A stretch of DNA of 32,000 nt from Ignicoccus pacificus DSM 13166 (GCA_025340205.1 CP006868.1:990001-1022000); one strand, 5' to 3'; positions 1 to 9,983 are shown, counted from the stretch's first letter. Numbers and translations are program-made. The notes: a model not told the origin generated them from the sequence alone.

Positions 1-1
1 G

Positions 2-355
2 CTGTTCGATCATATAGAAGTTTTCGAGAGAGATGGAATAAAGGTGAAGAGGAGCATATACCCGGAGGGTAAGGTGAAACTGTATGAAGGTACTCTTGAA
101 AGTTGTCTGAAACTGTTGGAAGACATGGAGTTCGAGAAGTGTGGCGAGATAAAGAAGGATATAGGATACCTAATGAGCGATGGAGAGCTAATGGTTGCTC
201 TGGAAAAGATAAACGGTAAGTGGGTCTTGGAAATAGAGCTCAATGGGGAGGACTTGGATAAAGCAATAGAGGAGATGAAGAAGGCTATGAGAAAGCTAGG
301 CCTCGGGAAACCCAGCGGAACGAGCACGAGGGAACTCTTTGGTCTGAGATGTTAA
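2..355 (+). CDS. Hypothetical small protein, 5' end outside the window
   Basis: The listed ORF starts at GTG 44, but its frame is open back to base 2 (LFDHIEVFERDGIKVKRSIYPEGK...), so the gene probably starts upstream of the window; stop TAA 353-355. Confidence 0.6.
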   Translation: MFDHIEVFERDGIKVKRSIYPEGKVKLYEGTLESCLKLLEDMEFEKCGEIKKDIGYLMSDGELMVALEKINGKWVLEIELNGEDLDKAIEEMKKAMRKLGLGKPSGTSTRELFGLRC

Positions 356-801
356 TAGTACCAGTACCAAACTCCCCTCCTCTCCAAGAACCCCTCGCAC
401 TCCCCTTGAGGGAGACAGTCCACTATCTGGCCTGAGTAGACCAGCGGATAGGGAGGACCCCTCAACGCGTAAACCGGGTCATATCCTCTGGATCCCCTCA
501 CGACCTTCCCTCCCCCGCACTCGCAAACTATTGCCTCGCCCCACTCCCCCTTAATCCTTTCACATTTCGGAACTTCAGAGGTAGGGCACACCTCATATCT
601 TATCTTTTCACATCGAAGACAATGAATTCTATGTAAAGGTATCTGCGTGTCCCAAGGATCCACCAAGGAGCCTCCATAAAGGGCGTAGCAAGCCAATGGC
701 CTTATGAGCACCCTAATGTTCTTTCCCTGCCTGTTTATTATTCCAACAACGCACTTATCCAGCTCCTTAGCATACGCGTTCTTCAAAAGCTCCTCCAGCA
801 A
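352..801 (-). CDS. Hypothetical cysteine-rich protein
   Basis: 149-codon ORF between coding genes with CxxC (HCLRCEK) and further paired cysteines; its stop interlocks with the preceding gene stop in TTAA. Confidence 0.6.
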   Translation of the reverse strand: MLEELLKNAYAKELDKCVVGIINRQGKNIRVLIRPLACYALYGGSLVDPWDTQIPLHRIHCLRCEKIRYEVCPTSEVPKCERIKGEWGEAIVCECGGGKVVRGSRGYDPVYALRGPPYPLVYSGQIVDCLPQGECEGFLERRGVWYWYY

Positions 802-867
802 CGCTGAAGACCCTACTCAGCATCCGATGAAGAGGTCTTTAACGAGCGAGCGTTTCGAGGGAGAGGT

Positions 868-1887
868 GTGGGAAACATGATAATAGTCTTAAAGGAGAGA
901 GAAAGGGGTACCGAGGTCAAGAACCTTCTTCAAGAGAAGGGATTGAAGTTCTGGGAGGTCACCCTTTACGGGAGACCTCTCATAGTGACTCCTCCGGGAA
1001 CCTACCTAGAGGAAGTCAAGGACCTTCCTGGAGTGGAGCTGGTGCTAAACCCCAAGGTAAAGTATCCCTTAGCCTCTAGGGAGTTTAAGCAAGACGATAC
1101 GGTAGTGGAGATAGGAGGAAAGGCAAGGCTAGGAGGAGGGTACTTCTCAGTCATAGCCGGACCTTGTTCTGTCGAGAGTGAGGAGCAAATACTCGCCGCA
1201 GCGGAGGTTGTGAAAAGAGAAGGAGGAGCCGCGCTGAGAGGCGGAGCCTACAAGCCTAGGACCAATCCTTACTCCTTCCAAGGCTTGGGAGAGAAAGGGT
1301 TGGAGCTACTGGCAAAGGCTAGGGAGGCTACGGGACTCCCTATAGTGACCGAAGTGATGGACACTAGAGACGTTAAGAAGGTAGCTGAAGTGGCTGACGC
1401 CCTTCAAATAGGCGCGAGGAACATGCAGAACTTCCCATTGCTTAAGGAAGTAAGCAAGGTGGATAAGCCAGTTATCCTGAAGAGGGGACTGGGTAACACT
1501 ACGGAGGAGTGGTTTCAAGCGTCCGAGTACATACTCCTTGGAGGAAACGGAGGGGTAATCCTCTGCGAGAGAGGTATTAGGACGTTCGAGACTGCTACTA
1601 GGTTTACCTTAGATATAGCCGCTGTTCCCGTGGCTAAGAAGAAGGTTCACCTACCGGTCATAGTAGATCCCTCCCACCCAGCTGGTAAGAGGGACTTGGT
1701 CGAGCCCTTAGCGCTAGCTGGAATAGCCGCTGGAGCTGATGGCCTTATCGTGGAGGTCCATCCAAATCCGGACAAGGCCCTCAGCGACGCCGCCCAGCAA
1801 CTCACCTTCGAGCAGTTTAAGGATCTAATGAAGAAGGTAAGGGCGCTCGTGGAGGTTATGGGGAAGAAGCTCGTAACTCTTCAGTGA
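868..1887 (+). CDS. aroF: 3-deoxy-7-phosphoheptulonate (DAHP) synthase, AroF/KDO8PS-like type
   Basis: [57 protein letters not shown] and [13 protein letters not shown] motifs; purine-rich SD (gagggagaggtg) upstream; start may be GTG 868 or ATG 877. Confidence 0.95.
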   Translation: MGNMIIVLKERERGTEVKNLLQEKGLKFWEVTLYGRPLIVTPPGTYLEEVKDLPGVELVLNPKVKYPLASREFKQDDTVVEIGGKARLGGGYFSVIAGPCSVESEEQILAAAEVVKREGGAALRGGAYKPRTNPYSFQGLGEKGLELLAKAREATGLPIVTEVMDTRDVKKVAEVADALQIGARNMQNFPLLKEVSKVDKPVILKRGLGNTTEEWFQASEYILLGGNGGVILCERGIRTFETATRFTLDIAAVPVAKKKVHLPVIVDPSHPAGKRDLVEPLALAGIAAGADGLIVEVHPNPDKALSDAAQQLTFEQFKDLMKKVRALVEVMGKKLVTLQ

Positions 1888-2020
1888 TCATTTCTAACGC
1901 CAATCCCAGCTCTCCAAGGGAACCCTCCAACTCCGCACACTTTTCCATGAGGGCTCTGAGAAGTCTTTCTATAGCCTCCAACCTTTCGACGAGGTCCTCG
2001 CAAGCCAAATCCTTCACCAC
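1856..2020 (-). CDS. Possible small helical protein (about 54 aa)
   Basis: Manually read frame GTG GTG AAG GAT...: [53 protein letters not shown], coiled-coil-like; overlaps the 3' end of aroF. Confidence 0.35.
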   Translation of the reverse strand: MVKDLACEDLVERLEAIERLLRALMEKCAELEGSLGELGLALEMITEELRASSP

Positions 2021-2087
2021 ATTATGAACATCTTCCTTAAAGCTCCTAGGGCGGGATGAAAATAAAGCTCTTCATAGTGAAAGTACT

Positions 2088-2098
2088 GATAATATTTA
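2088..2098 (+). promoter_or_regulatory. Putative TATA box for purF
   Basis: gataatattta centred about 40 bp upstream of the GTG start at 2133, consistent with a short leader. Confidence 0.45.
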
Positions 2099-2132
2099 GC
2101 GCCCTCGCCTTACGAGGCACGGGAAACGACTG

Positions 2133-3431
2133 GTGTGCGGAATAGCCGCAGCTCGCGGAGCCGACGAGGTCTACTTACTCCTGGAGAGCCTACAGCACCG
2201 AGGTCAAGAGAGCGCCGGCATAGCTTGGGTCGAGGGCGACGAAATAAAGTTCGTTGGAGGTTTGGGCTTGGTTAAGGAAGCGATAAAGGAAGTTACTGAT
2301 AAAGGTCCAGCGATAGGTCATGTCCGTTACTCCACCTCCGGAGGCTACAGCAGAATACAGCCGGTCCATAACAAACACTATGCTTTGGCATTTAATGGAA
2401 ATATAGTGAACTTCTACGAGCTGTGGAACACCGATTGGGACGCCGAAGCACTGTTAATGGCTATAATAAACGAAATAACCAAGGGAAAAGACGTAGTAAG
2501 TTCTGTAAAAGAAGTGCTGAGGAGGGTGAGAGGGAGCTATAGCTTGCTTATGCTTACCTCAAAGGGTCAAGTGATAGTTGCCAGAGATCCCAAGGGATTT
2601 CGACCTCTAGCCTTCGAGGGAGCCTACGTAGCCTCTGAGACCGCTGCCTTGGAGGACTTAGGCAAGGGATGGAAGGAGGTTGAAGCTAACGAATTGCTTC
2701 TGATTGAAGAGGGAGAGATAGTAAGGAAGGAGAGGATAAGCGAGTATGATGGTAAGAGGGCGTACTGCGCTTTTGAGTACGTGTACTTCGAGCGTCCGGA
2801 GAGCTACTTTAACGGAATAAACGTCCATGAATCTAGGAAGAGAATGGGAATGATACTAGCTAAAGAGAAACCGGCGGACGCGGACGTCGTTATACCTGTT
2901 CCGGATTCGGGAAGGAGCGCCGCCATAGGATTCTCTAGAGCCTCCGGAATCCCCCTGGATGAGGCACTCGTGAAGAACAGGTACGTGGGAAGGAGCTTTA
3001 TCATGCCTCCCGGCATGAGGGAGAAGATAGCAATTAAGAAATATGGAGTGGTAAAGGAAGTGGTTGAAGGAAAGAGGGTCGTGGTAGTCGACGATAGCAT
3101 AATTAGAGGAACTACGATGAAGAGGATCGTAAAGCTATTAAGGGATAAGGGAGCCAAGGAGGTTCACGTAAGATCGGCCTCCCCCAAGGTTAGAGCTCCT
3201 TGTTATATGGGGATAGACTTCCCCGACCCGAAGGAATTAATTGCATCGATGAAGACTGAAGAGGAACTAGCGGAGCTCTGGGGAGCGGACAGCGTGGGGT
3301 ACCTAAGCGTCGAAGGATTGGTTAAGGCTATAGGAACGGAGGAGCTCTGTCTGGCTTGTTTTACCGGCAAATATCCGATAAGAATAACTGAAGAGGATAA
3401 GGTGAGGCATCTGAGAGCGCACAGATCATAA
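2133..3431 (+). CDS. purF: Amidophosphoribosyltransferase (class II glutamine amidotransferase plus PRTase)
   Basis: N-terminal Cys (MCGIAAARG), LQHRGQESAGIAW, GHVRYSTSG, PRTase motif VVVVDDSIIRGTT, VIPVPDSGRSAAIGF. Confidence 0.97.
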   Translation: MCGIAAARGADEVYLLLESLQHRGQESAGIAWVEGDEIKFVGGLGLVKEAIKEVTDKGPAIGHVRYSTSGGYSRIQPVHNKHYALAFNGNIVNFYELWNTDWDAEALLMAIINEITKGKDVVSSVKEVLRRVRGSYSLLMLTSKGQVIVARDPKGFRPLAFEGAYVASETAALEDLGKGWKEVEANELLLIEEGEIVRKERISEYDGKRAYCAFEYVYFERPESYFNGINVHESRKRMGMILAKEKPADADVVIPVPDSGRSAAIGFSRASGIPLDEALVKNRYVGRSFIMPPGMREKIAIKKYGVVKEVVEGKRVVVVDDSIIRGTTMKRIVKLLRDKGAKEVHVRSASPKVRAPCYMGIDFPDPKELIASMKTEEELAELWGADSVGYLSVEGLVKAIGTEELCLACFTGKYPIRITEEDKVRHLRAHRS

Positions 3432-4388
3432 TGGGATGAACTTCTCCGTGAAGTCCCTGAGCTTCGCCTTTACCCATATTGCCCTGACGTTCACTCCTAA
3501 CATATTCCTATCAGCCGTAATCTCGAAAGCGGCGCTCTTCTCCTCCCCTCTGTCCATTTCCCCTAGTTCAGCTCTTCCGAGAATCCTTCCGGAAGAGTAT
3601 ATTACCAACACTACGTTGTCCGCTTTGCTTCCCTTATTCCTTACTACGATCTCCAGCTTTCCGTTCTCGTATTTGCCCTTGCTTATCTCTATTTTGGGAG
3701 TGTTAAGTTGGTAGGAGCCGGCTATGAAGGTCAGGGGAATGACGGGCTTCTCTGGTTCTATGCTGTAGCCCCCACCTTTATCACACTCCAAGACGAGCTC
3801 GTCCACCTCACCTAAGACAGTCTCCTTAAAGCAATCCCCTATCTTGACCTTGGTCTTATTAGGTGCCGAGGTCTTAAACACACCATAAAGCATTCCGGAC
3901 CTTTGGGCATCCAAGCTCCCAACCATAGTCTTTTGGGGATCTAGAGAAATTCCGTAGAAGTACTCGGCCTCACCCAATCCTTCATACTCATAGAATATGA
4001 TTAGACTACTTTGGAGGAGCTTTATCGCAGAAGAGCTGGTATTTACGACCCTTAACACGGGCTCTTCCAAGAGGACGTGCTTTGTGGGAGTCACGTTGAA
4101 CACGAATTTGGAGAGGATTTCGGAACCGTTCTCTTTTTGAAGGACGGGCTTGAACTCCTTGGTTAAGGAGAAGTCACCTATGTACACCCTCCACTTCTGA
4201 CTAACGCCGGACACGGTTAAATCTAAGTAAGCCTCCTTAAGCACGGCCCCTTCAGGTAGCTTGAAGCTCAGGGGAACTTCGACGCTCTCCCTCACGTTGC
4301 CGCTAACCTCTTCCACCTTTAGCGAGGTCACTATCTCCGCCACGCCGTTGATCTTGGTCTCAGCCACCCTCAGAATTTTCGATGTCAT
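3426..4388 (-). CDS. Hypothetical protein, beta-rich
   Basis: 320-codon ORF convergent with purF (6-nt overlap); no recognised motif. Confidence 0.7.
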   Translation of the reverse strand: MTSKILRVAETKINGVAEIVTSLKVEEVSGNVRESVEVPLSFKLPEGAVLKEAYLDLTVSGVSQKWRVYIGDFSLTKEFKPVLQKENGSEILSKFVFNVTPTKHVLLEEPVLRVVNTSSSAIKLLQSSLIIFYEYEGLGEAEYFYGISLDPQKTMVGSLDAQRSGMLYGVFKTSAPNKTKVKIGDCFKETVLGEVDELVLECDKGGGYSIEPEKPVIPLTFIAGSYQLNTPKIEISKGKYENGKLEIVVRNKGSKADNVVLVIYSSGRILGRAELGEMDRGEEKSAAFEITADRNMLGVNVRAIWVKAKLRDFTEKFIPL

Positions 4389-4565
4389 ATTGTTTTACCG
4401 TTGATCTACATTCCCGTGTGCTTTTTGAGGATTTGTCCGTGAATATTATCTCCCCGACGATTGTGGGTAGAGGGATGAAGACTTACTCCCGGACCGAGAG
4501 GTGAGGACGACTTACCCGCCCGACCCCCTTAAACCCGCCTACCTCAACGAGCTCGGAGTGAAGGA

Positions 4566-5279
4566 GTGCTAGAGGCTCTCTTAGGAGGACTGCTAGCGGG
4601 AACCCTAGCGGGCTCGTTGGGCGTGGGGGGAGGAGCGATAACAATACCCATTCTCTTATTCATATTCAAGCTTCCCGCTCCTAAGGCCATTGCCACCAAC
4701 TTGCTAGTAGTGGAGGCCACGGCACTCTTCTCGTTATTCTTTCATCTAAGACAGGGTACGCTCAGGAAGGTAGGGGTAATTATGGGGCTTAGCGGAGTCC
4801 TAGGCACGATTGTGGGTAACGCCATCTTCTTCGAGCTAGCAAAGGGATACATGCTCGAGAAGGTCCTAGGAGGGGTATTCCTGTTCCTGGCTGTGCTAAT
4901 GTGGATAAACGAGGAAGGTCAAGAGGAGTTAAGCTTGGAGAAGTTGGTTATCGTGGGATTCTTGGCAGGGATCTATTCCGGAGTCATAGGGAAGGGAGGG
5001 GGTTCCTTGGCCGTCCCCCTATTGGTGATGATGTTCAAGGTGAGAACAAAGGAAGCAATAGGAGCCACGGCGGCATCAACGCCGATAATAGCGTTGAGCT
5101 CCTTGATCCCCAAGGCGCTGAGCGGACTGGTGGTCTATCAAGTGGCCCTATGGTTTGCGCCCGGAGCAGCTGTGGGAACAATGATAGGGAGCAAGCTCAT
5201 GAAGAAGGGGTCTCCCAAGTTATTGAGGAGAATATTCTCGTTGTTCCTAGCGTCCGTCGGCCTTAAGCTCCTCTTGTAG
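4566..5279 (+). CDS. TauE/SafE family (sulfite exporter-like) membrane permease
   Basis: GTG start; repeated GSLGVGGGAITIPILLFIF and GIYSGVIGKGGGSLAVPLLVMM motifs with multiple hydrophobic helices. Confidence 0.9.
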   Translation: MLEALLGGLLAGTLAGSLGVGGGAITIPILLFIFKLPAPKAIATNLLVVEATALFSLFFHLRQGTLRKVGVIMGLSGVLGTIVGNAIFFELAKGYMLEKVLGGVFLFLAVLMWINEEGQEELSLEKLVIVGFLAGIYSGVIGKGGGSLAVPLLVMMFKVRTKEAIGATAASTPIIALSSLIPKALSGLVVYQVALWFAPGAAVGTMIGSKLMKKGSPKLLRRIFSLFLASVGLKLLL

Positions 5280-8111
5280 CCCTCTCCACTTCTTGTAAGC
5301 AATTATCAGCGTCTCCAGGTAATCCTTTGGAGCCTTGAGCTCTATTCCTAGCGCCTTCGCTAAGGATTGAAAACTCAAGCTCTTCAGCTTGAGGTCCCTC
5401 CTTAGGGATCTGTATAGGTTGATCATTCTGTTTCTCGTCACTGCTTCTATGTAGAATCGATAGAGTAAAGGATACCTTCTAATCAAAGCCTCAAGTGCCT
5501 TCTCCGACATGAAGGTAACGGTGGTCCCGCTCTTTAACAAGTCGACCAATGGGAGTAGGTCTCTAGGTTTGTTCACCTTTATCCTCTTTATATCTCCTTT
5601 ATCATATATCCACAACTCCTCCACTTCTGGATCAAAGAGGAAGGCTTTGGGTATCTCCTCCACCTCTTTAGCATCCAACAGAACCTTCAAGTTTGGCTCC
5701 TTGGACCCAATCTCCTCTAGTAACTCAACGGCTAAGTCCTTCAGTTTAAGCCAACTCCCCCTCTTCTTCAGAACCTCCTCGACGCTGACTGGATCTATCA
5801 TTAGTGCTACGAGCTCCGTCATCTTATCATGTTTGTGCTTCTTGACCAGCTTAGCTAACTCCTTCCAGTTAATCCTTCTGAGCAGTCCAGAGGCCTCCGT
5901 CTCCCACACTACCACCTCCTTCGCTACCCCGTTCTTGAAGGAATACCTTAGCTCCGTTACGTCGAACGCCTCCTTAACTCTCAGAACCGAAAGGGCATAA
6001 GCCAACGAGGCCAGCACCTCTACCTCCTCCCAACGAGCGTCCAAGGGATAGGAGAAGCCGTAGGTGTAGTCCTCGTATTCCCCATAGGTCTCGGCGTCTA
6101 TTGCTATTTCCTCTCTGCTGTACACGGGTATTAACTTGTTCCCCACCTTCTTAACGTCAGCCTTCCTCGACTCCACGACCCAGAGGCTCTGAAGAGGGGT
6201 CTCGAGGAGCTTGCCGAAGCCCTTCCTCGGAGGCTTGACGAGCACCCTAACCTTTGAGGATAACTTACCAAAGCGGTAGTCCTTCATAGGATCCGCGTTG
6301 TATTCTCCCCACTTCTGCTTAGCCTTGTGATACTGCTGAAGAGCCTCGAATACCCATTGCTTTTCCCTCATCGCCTCCGGAAGATCCATCTCCAATATCC
6401 CGTCCTTCCCGACTTCTACAACTATGGCATCGCTGGTGTAGTCAAAGCAACCGGGCTGGAGCCTTTCTACGAAGTCTCTCCTTCCGACCTCGGGGAGCTT
6501 CTCCTTCCTCCCCTTCTTGATCACGACTCTAGGAATACCGTAGGGAGGTCCATATTCATAGAAGCCTAAATTGTTCCATACCCTTCTTCCCTCGGGAGTA
6601 AGTCTTCCCTCCTTTAGCAATCCCAAACTCTCAAGGAGCTCTTTCTCTTCTTCAAGTAATATCTCTCCTCGAATGACCTTCCATAAGCCTACGAAGAGCT
6701 TGCTCCAATCGTTATCTACGCTTATCTCAAGCTTCTCCAAGGGTAACTTAGTCCACTCTAAGAGCATTGAACTTCCATATTTTAGCAACTTCTTATCCCA
6801 TTGTCTGTAGGGGAAAATTATCGTCTCCGTGAAGGCTATGTCTCCCCTCCTCCCCTTTCTCCCTTCCCTTTGCTTGAACTCCCTTACCGTGTCAGGTAAG
6901 CCTATGTGGACTACCCTAACTATGTTACCTAGATCTATTCCTTGCGCTAAGGTCCTAGGTGTTATGATAACCTTTATCTTGCCCTCCCTGGCCAGCCTCT
7001 CTATCTCCTCTCTCTTCTTTTTAGACACCATGTGGTGATGGGATGCCACGGCGTCCTTGAACTGAGGAGGAAGCTTTTCTTGGACCTCCCTCAAGAGCTT
7101 TTCTGCCATTCTTATGCTGTTTACGAATACTAAAGTGAGGCCTTCCTTCTCGCAAGTGACATATCTAGCTATGACCTCGGAGTAGTCTATTGAGGCAGAA
7201 GGCATCCATATCCCCTTAGATCTCAGCACTTCTACCAAGAGATAGAGATTCTCCTTGAACTCTTTGAAGTCATCTATGACACTCGCAAAATCCGGGACGG
7301 CCCTGACTATCCTTGACTTGTTGCTCTTCGCCCACTTCCAGAGCTTCTCTATGTCCTTGGTGAGGACCAAGTAGCCTCTATTCTCCACCCTGAAGGGCTT
7401 GCCTCTAATGATTACTGTCTCCCTTCCGGTTATCTCGCTCAAGGTATGAGCGACCGCTTCCGGATCTCCCAGAGTGGCGGTCAGGAGGACCACTTGGGGG
7501 CCTAAATCTCCGTACTTTATGAAGTTCGATATTATCTCAACCATTGACAATACGGCGCTCGCTCCATGGGATCCGTAGAAGTCGAGCTCGTCGAAGACGA
7601 GCAGATTTACGTCGCTCAGAAAGGAGCCTAAGTACCCCCTTCCCTCGGCTATTCTCTTTAAATCCTGCATTAAGAAGGCCGGGTTGGTTGCAACCACGGA
7701 GGCATCGGTGACCTTCTTCGCGTTCCTTGAATCAACGGCTATTACCTTACCTGGAAGACCCAGCTCCTCGAAGTACTCCTTGATCCTCCTTAGCTGATCG
7801 CTCGCTAAGGCTAAGGTTGGGTAAACCGCTAGGGCTTTCATTGCGTTGGCTATAACTGGAATGACCCATGCTTCCGTCTTTCCGGACCCCGTCCCAGAAA
7901 CTAAGATCACGTTCTTTCCGGAGCTGAGAGCCTCGAAGGCTTCCTCTTGATGCTTGTACATCCTAACTCCTCTCAGCTTCTCTATAGCTCCCATGAGAAC
8001 GTCGTCGAACCTCTTATTGGAAAACTCGGGGGAGGAAGCGGGCTCCCTATAGCTCTCAAAGCTGTACCCCAGCTCCTTCAGCAGTCCTTCGCTGTCGCAT
8101 GGAACTATCAT
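5247..8111 (-). CDS. DEAD/DEAH-box superfamily 2 helicase, Lhr/YprA-like, large C-terminal region
   Basis: GTGSGKTEAW Walker A, LLVFDELDFYG (DELD), LLTATLGDP motif III, ITPRTLAQGIDLGNI, QREGRKGRRG motif VI. ORF track starts at 8129; ATG 8111 (MIVPCDSEG) fits the TATA-like ttaatta near 8142-8152. Confidence 0.9.
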   Translation of the reverse strand: MIVPCDSEGLLKELGYSFESYREPASSPEFSNKRFDDVLMGAIEKLRGVRMYKHQEEAFEALSSGKNVILVSGTGSGKTEAWVIPVIANAMKALAVYPTLALASDQLRRIKEYFEELGLPGKVIAVDSRNAKKVTDASVVATNPAFLMQDLKRIAEGRGYLGSFLSDVNLLVFDELDFYGSHGASAVLSMVEIISNFIKYGDLGPQVVLLTATLGDPEAVAHTLSEITGRETVIIRGKPFRVENRGYLVLTKDIEKLWKWAKSNKSRIVRAVPDFASVIDDFKEFKENLYLLVEVLRSKGIWMPSASIDYSEVIARYVTCEKEGLTLVFVNSIRMAEKLLREVQEKLPPQFKDAVASHHHMVSKKKREEIERLAREGKIKVIITPRTLAQGIDLGNIVRVVHIGLPDTVREFKQREGRKGRRGDIAFTETIIFPYRQWDKKLLKYGSSMLLEWTKLPLEKLEISVDNDWSKLFVGLWKVIRGEILLEEEKELLESLGLLKEGRLTPEGRRVWNNLGFYEYGPPYGIPRVVIKKGRKEKLPEVGRRDFVERLQPGCFDYTSDAIVVEVGKDGILEMDLPEAMREKQWVFEALQQYHKAKQKWGEYNADPMKDYRFGKLSSKVRVLVKPPRKGFGKLLETPLQSLWVVESRKADVKKVGNKLIPVYSREEIAIDAETYGEYEDYTYGFSYPLDARWEEVEVLASLAYALSVLRVKEAFDVTELRYSFKNGVAKEVVVWETEASGLLRRINWKELAKLVKKHKHDKMTELVALMIDPVSVEEVLKKRGSWLKLKDLAVELLEEIGSKEPNLKVLLDAKEVEEIPKAFLFDPEVEELWIYDKGDIKRIKVNKPRDLLPLVDLLKSGTTVTFMSEKALEALIRRYPLLYRFYIEAVTRNRMINLYRSLRRDLKLKSLSFQSLAKALGIELKAPKDYLETLIIAYKKWRGLQEELKADGR

Positions 8112-8177
8112 TACTTTTGCCCAAAGCAAGGGCGAATGACAGCAATCTAATTAAGTGCACACCTTATCAGAAAAGCT

Positions 8178-8187
8178 TTTATATAAG
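8178..8187 (+). promoter_or_regulatory. Putative TATA box for the TIP49-like gene
   Basis: ttttatata about 25-30 bp upstream of GTG 8206 and GTG 8215, compatible with a leaderless or nearly leaderless mRNA. Confidence 0.5.
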
Positions 8188-8205
8188 CATTGATGAGACC
8201 TCACG

Positions 8206-9558
8206 GTGAGCATAGTGGCGAAGATAGAGGAACTTCCCAAGGTACAGAGGGAGACCAGAGTAGGATTTCACACCCACATCAAGGGTTTGGGCTTAGATGA
8301 GAAGGGTAAGGCGAAGAAGGTGGCTGACGGATTAGTGGGCCAGGAGGAGGCGAGAGAGGCGCTCGGCATAGTTGCAAACATGATCAAGGAGGGAAGGATG
8401 GCGGGGAGGGGACTCCTAATAGTAGGTCCTCCCGGAACGGGCAAGACTGCTCTGGCCATAGCTTTAGCTAAGGAGCTTGGCGAAGACACTCCCTTCGTTG
8501 CCGTAGGCGGTTCTGAGATCATGGGCAGTCCTAGGAAGAGCGAGGTGCTGATGCAAGCGATGAGGAGAGCAATAGGAGTGAGGATAAAGGAGAAGAGGAG
8601 GGTATATGAGGGAGCTGTTAAGGAGTTAAGGTTCAGGATGGTGAGACATCCTTACAATCCCTATGTAAAGGTGCCCAGAGAGGCCATAATAACCCTAGAG
8701 ACCGCTGAAGATGAGCAAACCTTAACCGTCGACGAGGACATAGCTTACCAGCTGTTACAACTTGGAGTGAGGAAGGGAGACGTAATAGCGATAGACGCAG
8801 ACACCGGAAGGGTGTACAGGATAGGGAGGGTGAAGAAGGAGAAGAAGGGTGGAATAACGCTAATCAAAGAGATAAACCTTCCGGAGGGACCAGTCCTTAA
8901 GGAGAAGGAAGTGGTCCACACCCTAACGCTCCACGACCTAGATACCTACTACGCTGCCCAGCAAGCACCTCTAAGCCTGCTAGCCGGCTTCGGTCCGGAG
9001 AGCGTCACCGACGAGGCTAGGAAGCAAGTTGACAAGACCGTCAGCGAGTGGCTGAAGGAAGGAAAGGCAGAGCTCGTCCCGGGAGTCCTCTTCATCGACG
9101 ACGCCCATCTGTTGGACCTAGAGGCCTTCAGCTTCCTCTCCAGAGCTATGGAGAAGGAGTTCGCTCCGATAATAGTGCTAGCCACCAACAGAGGAAAGGC
9201 GAAGATAAGGGGTACCGACGAGGAGGCACCCCACGGAATACCTCTCGACATGTTAGACAGATTGCTAATAATAAAGACAAGACCGTATACCAGAGATGAA
9301 ATAGAGGAGATAGTAAAGATAAGGGCTAAGGAAGAAGGTGTAAAGCTAACAGAGGAGGCCGTGAAGAAGCTAGGAGAGATAGGAGAGCAGAGGAGCTTGA
9401 GGTATGCAATACACCTAATGCAGCCCGCTAAGGTCATAGCTGAGAGGGAGGGAAGAGAGGAGGTGGAGGCTAAGGATGTGGAGGAGGCGGAGAAGAAGTT
9501 CGTGGACGTGAAGGACAGCGTTAAGTACGTTGAGGAATTTAAGGATAAGTTCCTCTAA
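8206..9558 (+). CDS. TIP49/RuvB-like AAA+ ATPase (RuvBL1/2 family)
   Basis: GRGLLIVGPPGTGKTALAIALAKELG, PFVAVGGSEI, long insert, GVLFIDDAHLLDLEAFSFLSRAME Walker B, LDMLDRLLIIKTRPYT, C-terminal helicase region. Confidence 0.95.
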   Translation: MSIVAKIEELPKVQRETRVGFHTHIKGLGLDEKGKAKKVADGLVGQEEAREALGIVANMIKEGRMAGRGLLIVGPPGTGKTALAIALAKELGEDTPFVAVGGSEIMGSPRKSEVLMQAMRRAIGVRIKEKRRVYEGAVKELRFRMVRHPYNPYVKVPREAIITLETAEDEQTLTVDEDIAYQLLQLGVRKGDVIAIDADTGRVYRIGRVKKEKKGGITLIKEINLPEGPVLKEKEVVHTLTLHDLDTYYAAQQAPLSLLAGFGPESVTDEARKQVDKTVSEWLKEGKAELVPGVLFIDDAHLLDLEAFSFLSRAMEKEFAPIIVLATNRGKAKIRGTDEEAPHGIPLDMLDRLLIIKTRPYTRDEIEEIVKIRAKEEGVKLTEEAVKKLGEIGEQRSLRYAIHLMQPAKVIAEREGREEVEAKDVEEAEKKFVDVKDSVKYVEEFKDKFL

Positions 9559-9983
9559 TCGATTATTCCGATAAAACACTCCTCCTCATCGCAGTAGATC
9601 ACAGTCTTGTAAGAGCACCTCCCGAGGAACAGCGCCTTACAAGAGTCATTGTTCACCTTGCGGTCCACCAATTTGTAACCCATCTCATTCAACTTCCTCC
9701 TTATAGCGTCTCTACGGTCGGTTATACCTCCCGAGTTCTTCAAGTAATCTAGTAGTTCGTGTACGTCCTCGCTGCTTTCCAAACATAGCTCTATCTCGTT
9801 GCATTCCGGAGTCTTGCACATGACCCAAGCGGCCTCAGAGCAGCTCCTCACCTTACCTTTACTCAAGCTCTCTAGCAAGCACTTGCCGGCTATCTGAGAG
9901 AAGTAGATGCAGTCCTCGCAAGAGGAGGCGACGAGAGGGGTGTTGAAGGACGAGGGAATAGATTCATCGACGCTCCCGGACAC
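9555..9983 (-). CDS. Hypothetical cysteine-rich protein
   Basis: 142-codon ORF with about 12 cysteines (EDCIYFSQIAGKCLLES...CKTPECNEIELC...DSCKALFLGRCSYKTVIYCDEEECF); TATA-like acattaaatt at 10014-10023 on the reverse strand about 35 bp upstream. Confidence 0.7.
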   Translation of the reverse strand: MSGSVDESIPSSFNTPLVASSCEDCIYFSQIAGKCLLESLSKGKVRSCSEAAWVMCKTPECNEIELCLESSEDVHELLDYLKNSGGITDRRDAIRRKLNEMGYKLVDRKVNNDSCKALFLGRCSYKTVIYCDEEECFIGIID

